Source: Mobula birostris (lineage: Eukaryota). Taken from it: a stretch of DNA of 64,000 bases. Below the pieces are notes generated by a model. The model saw only the letters and a list, made by a program, of their open reading frames with translations. It was not told the origin of the DNA and made no database searches. Positions 12,730-23,620 of the stretch are shown here, in pieces. The stretch lies in NCBI RefSeq assembly GCF_030028105.1, contig NC_092388.1, positions 40,802,581 to 40,866,580 on the forward strand, given 5' to 3'. Within the stretch, counting starts at the first letter, position 1. Every line of letters starts with the position of its first letter. The position numbers and the translations under genes were made by a program.

Positions 12730-15722
12730 GGGAGCAGCAGGCCGACAAATCCAGGGCAAGCATCAAAAAGGGCCACTTTTCAACATAATTGTATAAGGGC
12801 TAAGAGAGTTGTAAAAGAGCGCCTGAAGGCTTTGTGTGTCAATGCAAGGAGCATTCGTAACAAGGTGGATGAATTGAAAGTGCAGATTGTTATTAATGAT
12901 TATGATATAGTTGGGATCACAGAGACATGGCTCCAGGGTGACCAAGGATGGGAGCTCAACGTTCAGGGGTATTCAATATTCAGGAGGGATAGACATGAAA
13001 GAAAAGGAGGTGGGGTGGCGTTGCTGGTTAAAGATGAGATTAACGCAATAGAAAGGAAGGACATAAGCCGGGAAGATGTGGAATCGATATGGGTAGAGCT
13101 GCGTAACACTAAGGGGCAGAAAACGCTGGTGGAAGTTGTGTACAGGCCACCTAACAGTAGTAGTGAGGTCGGAGATGGTATTAAACAGGAAATTAGAAAT
13201 GTGTGCAATAAGGGAACAGCAGTTATAATGGGTGACTTCAATCTACATGTAGATTGGGTGAACCAAATTGGTAAGGGTGCTGAGAAAGAGGATTTCTTGG
13301 AATGTATGTGGGATGGTTTTTTGAACCAACATGTCGAGGAACCAACTAGAGAGCAGGCTATTCTAGACTGGGTTTTGAGCAATGAGGAAGGGTTAATTAG
13401 CAATCTTGTCGTGAGAGGCCCCTTGGGTAAGAGTGACCATAATATGGTGGAATTCTTCATTAAGATGGAGAGTGACATAGTTAATTCAGAAACAAAGGTT
13501 CTGAACTTAAAGAGGGGTAACTTTGAAGGTATGAGTCGTGAATTAGCTAAGATAGACTGGCAAATGACACTTAAAGGATTGACGGTGGATATGCAATGGC
13601 AAGCATTTAAAGATTGCATGGATGAACTACAACAATTGTTCATCCCAGTTTGGCAAAAGAATAAATCAAGGAAGGTAGTGCACCCGTGGCTGACAAGAGA
13701 AATTAGGGATAGTATCAATTCCAAAGAAGAAGCATACAAATTAGCCAGAAAAAGTGGCTCACCTGAGGACTGGGAGAAATTCAGAGTTCAGCAGAGGAGG
13801 ACAAAGGGCTTAATTAGGAAGGGGAAAAAAGATTATGAGAGAAAACTGGCAGGGAACATAAAAACTGACTGTAAAAGCTTCTATAGATATGTAAAAAGGA
13901 AAAGACTGGTAAAGACAAATGTAGGTCCCCTACAGACAGAAACAGGTGAATTGATTATGGGGAGCAAGGACATGGCAGACCAATTGAATAATTACTTTGG
14001 TTCTGTCTTCACTAAGGAGGACATAAATAATCTTCCAGAAATAGTAGGGGACAGAGAGTCCAGTGAGATGGAGGAACTGAGGGAAATACATTTTAGTAGG
14101 GAAGTGGTGTTAGGTAAATTGAAGGGATTAAAGGCAGACAAATCCCCAGGGCCAGATGGTCTGCATCCCAGAGTGCTTAAGGAAGTAGCCCAAGAAGTAG
14201 TGGATGCATTCGTGATAATTTTTCAAAACTCGTTAGATTCTGGACTAGTTCCTGAGGATTAGAGGGTGGCTAATGTAACCCCACTTTTTAAAAAAGGAGG
14301 GAGAGAGAAACCGGGGAATTATAGACCGGTTAGCCTAACGTCGGTGGTGGGGAAACTGCTGGAGTCAGTTATCAAAGATGTGATAACAGCACATTTGGAA
14401 AGCGGTGTAATCATCGGGCAAAGTCAGCATGGATTTGTGAAAGGAAAATCATGTCTGACGAATCTCATAGAATTTTTTGAGGATGTAACTAGTAGAGTGG
14501 ATAGGGGAGAACCAGTGGATGTGGTATATTTGGATTTTCAAAAGGCTTTTGACAAGGTCCCACACAGGAGATTAGTGTGCAAACTTAAAGCACACGGTAT
14601 TGGGGGTAAGGTATTGATGTGGATAGAGAATTGGTTAGCAGACAGGAAGCAAAGAGTGGGAATAAACAGGACCTTTTCAGAATGGCAGGCAGTGACTAGT
14701 GGGGTACCACAAGGCTCAGTGCTGGGACCCCAGTTGTTTACAATATATATTAATGACTTGGATGAGGGAATTAAATGCAGCATCTCCAAGTTTGCGGATG
14801 ACACGAAGCTGGGCGGCAGTGTTAGCTGTGAGGAGGATGCTAAGAGGATGCAGGGTGACTTGGATAGGTTGGGTGAGTGGGCAAATTCATGGCAGATGCA
14901 ATTTAATGTGGATAAATGTGAAGTTATCCACTTTGGTGGCAAAAATAGGAAAACAGATTATTATCTGAATGGTGGCTGATTAGGAAAAGGGGAGGTGCAA
15001 CGACACCTGGGTGTCATTATACACCATTCATTGAAAGTGGGCATGCAGGTACAGCAGGCGGTGAAAAAGCCGAATGGTATGCTGGCATTTATAGCGAGAG
15101 GATTCGAGTACAGGAGCAGGGAGGTACTACTGCAGTTGCACAAGGCCTTGGTGAGAACACACCTGGAGTATTGTGTGCAGTTTTGGTCCCCTAATCTGAG
15201 GAAAGACATCCTTGCCATAGAGGGAGTACAAAGAAGGTTCACCAGATTGATTCCTGGGATGGCAGGACTTTCATATGAAGAAAGACTGGATGAACTAGGC
15301 TTGTACTCGTTGGAATTTAAAAGATTGAGGGGGGATCTGATTGAAACGTATAAAATCCTAAAGGGATTGGACAGGCTAGATGCAGGAAGATTGTTCCCGA
15401 TGTTGGGCAAATCCAGAACGAGGGGTCACAGTTTGAGGATAAAGGGGAAGCCTTTTAGGACTGAGATTAGGAAAAACTTCTTCACACAGAGAGTGGTGAA
15501 TCTGTGGAATTCTCTGCCACAGGAAACAGTTGAGGCCGGTTCATTGGCTATATTTAAGAGGGAGTTAGATATGGCCCTTGTGGCTACGGGGATCAGGGGG
15601 TATGGAGGGAAGGCTGGTGCAGGGTTCTGAGTTGGATGATCAGCCATGATCATAATAAATGGCAGTGCAGGCTCAAGGGGCCGAATGGCCTACTCCTGCA
15701 CCTATTTTCTATGTTTCTATGT
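12730..15722 (+). mobile_element. Young CR1 LINE with near-complete ORF2 (APE endonuclease + RT)
   Basis: ORFs 12832-14262, 14266-14979 and 14995-15630 share one frame, broken by two stops; motifs NARS, ETWL, YRPP, GDFN, SDH, PQGSVLGP, FADD; ttctatg tail. Confidence 0.97.
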
Positions 15723-17382
15723 GCATTAATATGACAGGATATCCTACAGTGGGATAAAGATTGTACAGGTGAGAACATGAATTTCAGTTACTGATTAAGC
15801 AATGGCAATTACAACTGATTTAAAGAGAAAAAAATTATAGAAGATCCATCGAATTCTATGGCAGACTTTACTTTTATGGAATTCATTTGCAGTCAAGCGT
15901 CAGTTCAAATAATGATCCCTGGGAGCTTTAACGACATCAGGCTGCCTTAAGGCAGCTGATCAAAATGAATTTTCAGATGGCAAACCCCAGGAAGGGAAAA
16001 AGACAAATTTCTGAATTATAATTTAAACATTTTGCAAAGTGCATAATGTTAGAACCTTAACAAGGATTAAAAATCTCTTATGTTAAATAAACTTCTACAA
16101 TACAACCTACAAAATTAGTGGGCCTTTAGAGTTTACTGTACAATGATTACGGCTTACTAAATGACAATACCATTGATGCTCAAAGTCTGAAATAAAAAGC
16201 AGAAGATATGGAAAACATTTTGTTGATTGGGCAATATCTATCATGGAGCTGAGTTAAAATTTCATGCTAATGATCTTTCATCAGATATCTCATTCTGATG
16301 TTCACTAACCAAAACACAAACTATTGCTTTAACAACACACCATATATTTCCCCATCCGCCAAGTATTTCTAGCTTTTTTGGCAATCACAGGATTGCATTT
16401 CACTAAGAGGACATTTTCAGAGTATTTTGCAAGGACAGCTTGCAAATGCTTTAAATTCCCAAAATTTCACTGATTTCTGTTGATAACAGAAGTGGCTGTA
16501 AAGCACCATTAACAGTAGGGCAGCACCAAATCCCTCAAAAAAAATGTGGATTTCTAAGCTGAAATACGCATGCATGCAAATTACTAAATGAGTAACTAAA
16601 TTATCGCTACGTAGTGTAATAATGCCAAACCACAACGATTTCACTGTCATTAAAACTGTAATATCCAGGCTAATGTTTTTTTAAACTTAAAGGGCTCAAG
16701 GACATGGATCCAAGGTGCATCAGTGAGGTCTAGAATATATACAAAACTTACCCTTAATTATAGAATGGCAAGCTTGCCAATAGTCAAAGCCATGAGGCTA
16801 ATGGTGGGGGAGGAAGAGGAGTAATCACTGGGGTAATCAAGTCTAAAGCAATCTCTGCCAGCCGCGGAGCAAATACAGCCTACCTCCCAGATATCAAAAA
16901 ATTTGTGAAATCTTCCGCTTCTATAGAACAGGGGCACAAGAATATAAAGTGGAAATTGCAAATACAATTTACTAAACGATTAGCCAAATTAACGATGTCT
17001 AGTAATTTTAAGTAGGTCACTGGTTTTATATTTCAAAGTTTGATGTTGTTTTCTGTTAAACATTAGCTGAACTTTTTAAAACTAGTTTGGACATTTAAAT
17101 CTAAGCAGGCTTTTCTTAAAACATACAGCATGTTATTTTTTTAACCCTCCCACAATTTTAAGTGCCTAAACATCCAGGCTACTTCAATATAATGCAGTGA
17201 CCTTGATATATTAAAAAAATGTGCAATATAAGCACTGATCTTTTACAAAGGCTCATCTGGACCTCAACTATAAAACACTTCCTTCATACAAAAAGATAAT
17301 TACCACCTATCTGTTAAATTGTCTCAAAATACTTAGGTCACCCTTCTAGAGTGAACAGAATCTGTTACGTAATAAGCAACAA

Positions 17383-18059
17383 ATAATCATTCTGGTTAAT
17401 TGGTACACATATGGACCAGTACACTTTGGTCCACTTAAGCAGCAGCACTAATTAGCTGAGGCTTCATGGAAATAGTTAAAAAGGTATTAAAGCGAAAAAC
17501 AGTAACAAATTATTTATTTAAATGAAACACAAAAAATATATTAGAACACTACCGGTGGTACTACAGTACTATAAAACTGTATTTTGGTTTCCAATAGTTA
17601 TCAATGCAGGGATTCATCCAGTGTACTAAGGAACAAAATCAGCGCAGACACCTAGTGCAGATAATCGACTGTCTTTATACAATGCTATTTGAGGCATTCT
17701 TCAAATCTTCACTTTCATTGTAACATTCAAGATGATAGTCGGTACCATCAAATTCTTTGTAGCCTAAACTTGTTGAGGTAGAGAAATTGTTTCATCTTCC
17801 AAGCCTGAATGCTTGAAACTGCAGAAAGCAAAAGAATTTGAAATCATCTTACTACTTAATACTAGTTAATCACTGTTGGTTAGTTAGTCACTACTAGTTA
17901 GAACCTGTTCAGCAAGTCTCCTGTCCGAATTAAGCATCACAGTGTCCCAAATAAATGAAGGGAATCCCAGCAACTGTATCGGTGAAATTTTGTTCAAGAG
18001 TTGTCCCAAATAAGGGGCTGCCCTGATTAACCAATGGGCCAATTAACAGAAATCCACTG
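17383..18059. mobile_element. Tigger/pogo-like non-autonomous DNA transposon
   Basis: Terminal inverted sequences attctggttaattgg / ccaattaacagaaatccactg; a related remnant lies at ~3680-3865. Confidence 0.55.
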
Positions 18060-18493
18060 TGTTGTGTGAAAGACAAATCTTTGGAATCTGATCACAAGAT
18101 TGTTTTACTGAAAACCAGTTACATGATTAATGGAAATCAAAATAACAGAAGAGTTCAACTGACTTTTTAACGCAGAGAAATATTTGATCAAGTATACAGC
18201 CTTTTACAAAAGTGTTAAAACTAGAATCTGTATTTATAACTTGTAAGGACAGAAGTACATAAATAATTAATACCAAATACTCAAAAAAATCCAAGAAAAT
18301 GAAACCAAGTCCTTTAGATAACCTGCACAAAAATTAGGTCAAAAATCATTGTATACAGTGCAAAACTTTGAGAGACTACGCCCAAAGCAAAATCTTAATC
18401 AGAACTGGGATGTTGAATGTCAGAAAAACAAATTTTGCAAATGTTGTTCCTAAGGTGTAACTTCATTACTAAATTCAGTGCTACAAATCAGAA

Positions 18494-19553
18494 AAACAAC
18501 AGGAATTCTGCAGATGCTGGAAATTCAAGCAACACACATCAAAGTTGCTGGTGAACGCAGCAGGCCAGGCAGCATCTGTAGGAAGAGGTGCAGTCGATGT
18601 TTCAGGCCGAGACCCTTCGTCAGGACTAACTGAAGGAAGAGTGAGTAAGGGATTTTAAAGTTGGAGGGGGAGGGGGAGATCCAAAATGATAGGAGAAGAC
18701 AGGAGGGGGAGGGATAGAGCCAAGAGCTGGACAGGTGATAGGCAAAAGGGGATACGAGAGGATCATGGGACAGGAGGTCCGGGAAGAAAGACAAGGGGGG
18801 GGGGAACCCAGAGGATGGGCAAGAGGTATATTCAGAGGGACAGAGGGAGAAAAAGGAGAGTGAGAGAAAGAATGTGTGCATAAAAATAAGTAACAGATGG
18901 GGTACGAGGGGGAGGTGGGGCCTTAGTGGAAGTTAGAGAAGTCGATGTTCATGCCATCAGGTTGGAGGCTATCCAGACGGAATATAAGGTGTTGTTCCTC
19001 CAACCTGAGTGTGGCTTCATCTTTACAGTAGAGGAGGCCGTGGATAGACATGTCAGAATGGGAATGGGATGTGGAATTAAAATGTGTGGCCACTGGGAGA
19101 TCCTGCTTTCTCTGGCGGACAGAGCGTAGGTGTTCAGCAAAGCGGTCTCCCAGTCTGCGTCAGGTTTCGCCAATATAAAAAAGGCCACATCGGGAGCACC
19201 GGACGCAGTATATCACCCCAGTCGACTCACAGGTGAAGTGTTGCCTCACCTGGAAGGACTGTTTGGGGCCCTGAATGGTGGTAAGGGAGGAAGTGTAAGG
19301 GCATGTGTAGCACTTGTTCCGCTTACACGGATAAGTGCCAGGAGGGAGATCAGTGGGGAGGGATGGGGGGGACGAATGGACAAGGGAGTTGCGTAGGGAG
19401 CGATCCCTGCGGAATGCGGGGGGGGGGGGGAGGGAAAGATGTGCTTAGTGGTGGGATCCCGTTCGAGGTGGCGGAAGTTACGGAGAATAATATGTTGGAC
19501 CTGGAGGCTGGTGGGATGGTAGGTGAGGACCAGGGGAACCCTATTCCTAGTGC
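18494..19553 (-). mobile_element. Penelope-like element, inverted 3' arm
   Basis: Reverse complement of 20025-21028; the ORF track shows identical mirror-image peptides. Confidence 0.92.
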
Positions 19554-21028
19554 GGTGGTTCCTTCGCTACATCGACGACTGCATTGGCACTGCTTCCTGC
19601 ACACATGCAGAACTCGTTGACTTCATTAACTTTGCCTCCAACTTTCACCCTGCCCTCAAGTTTACCTGGTCCATTTCCGACACCTCCCTCCCCTATCTAG
19701 ATCTTTCTGTCTCTGTCTCTGGAGACAGCTTATCCACTGATGTCTACTATAAGCCTACTGACTCTCACAGCTATCTGGACTATTCCTCTTCTCACCCTGT
19801 CTCTTGCAAAAACGCCATCCCCTTCTCGCAATTCCTCCGTCTCCGCCGCATCTGCTCTCAGGATGAGGCTTTTCATTCTAGGACGAGGGAGATGTCTTCC
19901 TTTTTTAAAGAAAGGGGCTTCCCTTCCTCCACATTCAACTCTGCTCTTAAACGCATCTCCCCCATTTCACGCACATCTGCTCTCACTCCATCCTCCCGCC
20001 ACCCCACTAGGAATAGGGTTCCCCTGGTCCTCACCTACCACCCCACCAGCCTCTGGGTCCAACATATTATTCTCCGTAACTTCCGCCAGCTCCAACGGGA
20101 TCCCACCACTAAGCACATCTTTCCCTCCCCCCCTCTGCATTCCGCAGGGATCGCTCCCTACGCAACTCCCTTGTCCATTCGTCCCCCCCATCCCTCCCCA
20201 CTGATCTCCCTCCTGGCACTTATCTGTGTAAGCGGAACAAGTGCTACACATGCCCTTACACTTCCTCCCTTACCACCATTCAGGGCCCCAAACAGTCCTT
20301 CCAGGTAAGGCAACACTTCACCTGTGAGTCGACTGGGGTGATATACTGCGTCCGGTGCTCCCGATGTGGCCTTTTATATATTGGTGAGACCCGACGCAGA
20401 CTGGGAGACCGCTTTGCTGAACACCTACGCTCTGTCCGCCAGAGAAAGCAGGATCTCCCAGTGGCCACACATTTTAATTCCACATCCCATTCCCATTCTG
20501 ACATGTCTATCCACGGCCTCCTCTACTGTAAAGATGAAGCCACACTCAGGTTGGAGGAACAACACCTTATATTCCGTCTGGGTAGCCTCCAACCTGATGG
20601 CATGAACATCGACTTCTCTAACTTCCACTAAGGCCCCACCTCCCCCTCGTACCCCATCTGTTACTTATTTTTATGCACACATTCTTTCTCTCACTCTCCT
20701 TTTTCTCCCTCTGTCCCTCTGAATATACCTTTTGCCCATTCTCTGGGTCCCCGCCCCCCCCCCGTCTTTCTTCCCGGACCTCCTGTCCCATGATCCTCTC
20801 GTATCCCCTTTTGCCTATCACCTGTCCAGCTCTTGGCTCTATCCCTCCCCCTCCTGTTTTCTCCTATCATTTTGGATCTCCCCCTCCCCCTCCAACTTTC
20901 AAATCCCTTACTCACACTTCCTTCAGTTAGTCCTGACGAAGGGTCTCGGCCTGAAACGTCGACTGCACCTCTTCCTACAGATGCTGCCTGGCCTGCTGCA
21001 TTCACCAGCAACTTTGATGTGTGTTGCT
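19554..21028 (+). mobile_element. Penelope-like element (RT C-terminus + GIY-YIG endonuclease + pLTR)
   Basis: FLRYIDD..LPYLDL..YYKPT..SSHP (PLE RT); YCVRCSRCGLLYIGETRRRLGDRFAEH (GIY-YIG). Confidence 0.93.
20928..20965 (+). ncRNA. Minimal type I hammerhead ribozyme (PLE-borne), intact core
   Basis: agtc CTGACGA a GGGT-ctcg-GCCT GAAA CGTC gact: stem I agtc/gact, stem II, palindromic ACGT stem III, GUC cleavage triplet. Confidence 0.75.
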
Positions 21029-22699
21029 ACAAATCAGAATCAGGTTTAATATCACTGGCATATGTTGTGAAATATGTTGTTTTGCAGCAGCAGTACATTC
21101 AGAAGCAAAGTTAGCTATTTAAGAACACGTTTTAAACACCCAAGTTTTATGATTGACTATGCTACTGTCTGTACAACCCCCGCTCCCTCAACTATTCTGG
21201 CCCTTTCAATGGACTGATACACTGTTTTCCCCCCAGAACACTTTCTCTAGCAACCTTTTGGCAATTTATCTACTTATCCATCTTTAATCCAGTGAGAATC
21301 ATGGTTATCTAGCTAAATGTCAATTCAAAACAAAAATAAATAATTTTGTGTTAAACTCATAAATTCCCCAAAAAATAGAAGGGCATGCCCAAATAAAGCA
21401 AGACCAAGGTTTGTGTTAATAAATTGCAAGCTCACTTTTATGCCAAACAACTACTAAAACAATGCCAGTCCAAATAACTCTGACAGTCAGAGTAAATCCT
21501 CCACCATAAACATCTGCTACTTATCATTAAACAGATACTCATCTTGCCTGATCTAATTAATTACCTCATAACATGGTTGGATCAAAGGCAGGATATTCTA
21601 TGGAGATACAATTCACTTCCTGATTTTCCAAGGCCATTTATTGTTTACAAGACACAAATCAAGAGCATGGCTGATTAATTTTCACTATCTGAATGCAACA
21701 CCAACACTCAAGCAACTTCCAGTAAATTGGTCCTTCATTCTGCATGTTAAATTTTCTCTCCTTAAATACCAGCTCATCATTATTCCAGAGTGCAACACTT
21801 GCAAGATGCACTACAGTAACTTGTCAAGGTTTCTTCGATGCTACCTATGACCGTAGCTTTTTCTAAAGTTTCAACAGGTACTGGGGAATGAAAATCTGAA
21901 GTTCCATACAATCCTACTGGGGAAATAATTCTCTGTACTGACACTGTGTATAGTTACACTACACAACTGCAGCAGTACAGGATATACCATTTTCTCATAT
22001 GAAATTCTGGATTGCCTAGCTAATGACATATTTGGAGTTCTGGTCGCTTCATTACAGGAAGGATATGAAAACTCTAGAGAAGGCGCATAGGAGATTTACC
22101 AGGATGCTGCCTAGATTACACAGTGATCTAGGGCTATTCACTGGTGGAGTGGAGGAGGATGAGGGGTGACTAATACACCTGAACCAATACACCAAATAAT
22201 AAAAACTCATACTTCATATCAGTATGCTTCTGGAGGCAATGCAATGAGTCAAGACACATAATGTCAAGCCAGCATGGGAGTTAAATTATTTTATGTGAAC
22301 AACAATTGTATCATGCCATAATATTGTGTAGGATGGCGACTCTTTTTTTTGCACAGACAATGAAGTCCGCTCATTCAGCATTGTTTCTGGAGTCAAGAGG
22401 GTGGACAGGCAGAAATCCGACATCAATTAAGACTATCTATTCGACATGCAAAATGGGCTCGCAAGCTGTTGTTTGCCAGTAACGAATTCGAAACTTGGCA
22501 ATACTAACATCGTAGTTATAAGATTGCATATTTAAGACATCATACAAGTGTATAACTTTTCGAAGAGGATGTGGAAAAGAACAGCCATAAACACTAAAGG
22601 TAGCGGAGGAGTGACGAACATCAGCCGCAGCATTACACAATTGCGTTTATAACGGAGTGTGGACATGAATCCTAGTCCCCTACACAGCTGTAAAAACAT

Positions 22700-23620
22700 C
22701 ACCCCATAATTTAGTAAGCAGAATCATGAAGTGACAAGAACCATGCGGCAAGGTCCGCTGCCTGGTCTTTGTTTTGCAGCATTACCCAGAAACGAGGACG
22801 CCGAGCGCCGACCTGGAGAAGCACATTTTGGGATTTGGGGGCCACGGTTCGGAGGGGCGGAGACCCCCTGCCATGAACCAGGGAGAGATTCTGGCCAGGA
22901 ATGAGAAAGGCGGAATGGTGGGGTTGCCTTGGTGAGGTTTTGCCATTAACGTGACAGCAACAGGGATGGGGCTCGGGTGAGTGAAGAGAAGACGTATATG
23001 GAAGGGCCCGGTAAACAAGGGTACCACGGAACCGGCAGCCGTGACGCAGCAAGTGGCTACAGCATGGCTAAACCTGACCGGGAACACCCGGGTGAAACAC
23101 GATGTGAGAAAATCAATCAGACCGCACCCGCCCAGCCCGGGACAACTCACAAAATTATCCCTGAAGTCGCTGTCTGGGCACAGGACATAGAAAGAAACGC
23201 CGGGATCCGCGTAGAAATCCAGGCGGCTCTCGGCCTCTTCAGTGGCGATGAGCTCGAACGGGGTGTTGTAGCACCATTTGTCCGCGATGTCGACGAACTG
23301 CTGGAATTCCATGGCCGCCGGATCTCCGGTGCGGGCGCGCGTCCTCCGTTACCTCAGCCGCGACCTCGCCCGCCGCATCAGTCTAGAATGGAGCGCGGCC
23401 CACGGAGCGCACCGCGCTTTTGTTTTATTTCTCTCGCGGCTCGTCGCTCGCCTTGTGGCGCACTTCCGCCTTCCCGACGGCTTGCAGCCGACTGCCTCCC
23501 CCCTCCCCCCAGTCCCGAGCGCTCGTTCCTTCCCCGAGCCCAAACCCAAGCGCGGGAGAGGGCGGGTATACTGGTGCGTGCTGCGCAAAGTAACCTGCAA
23601 GCATGAGTACAGCCTGGGGC
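22700..23620. promoter_or_regulatory. CpG island / MTURN promoter
   Basis: Dense CpG in an otherwise CpG-depleted background; ETS-like cacttccgc at ~23461; GC boxes. Confidence 0.8.
23151..23312 (-). CDS. MTURN: Maturin, coding exon 1 (later exons not found in this window)
   Basis: MEFQQFVDIADKWCYNTPFELIATEEAESRLDFYADPGVSFYVLCPDSDFRDNF matches the vertebrate maturin N-terminus; strong Kozak gcggccATGG; GTGAGT donor at 23150. Confidence 0.93.

Noticed and set aside
12963-13739. 258-aa antisense ORF and similar shadow ORFs over LINEs and PLEs
   Set aside because: Antisense shadows of retrotransposon ORF2 with no independent evidence
16250-16285. Ancient hammerhead-like relic (ctgatga..gaaa on -)
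   Set aside because: Stems and cleavage triplet are lost; treated as decayed PLE-derived repeat
22782-23150. Continuation of the 176-aa ORF beyond MTURN exon 1, and overlapping GC-rich ORFs at 22711-23679
   Set aside because: Maturin similarity ends at a canonical GTGAGT donor; the rest is CpG-island read-through
1-23150. MTURN exons 2-3
   Set aside because: The expected HVWSESEDCLPFLQ-type peptide was not seen by eye; it is probably left of the window, and tBLASTn would settle it
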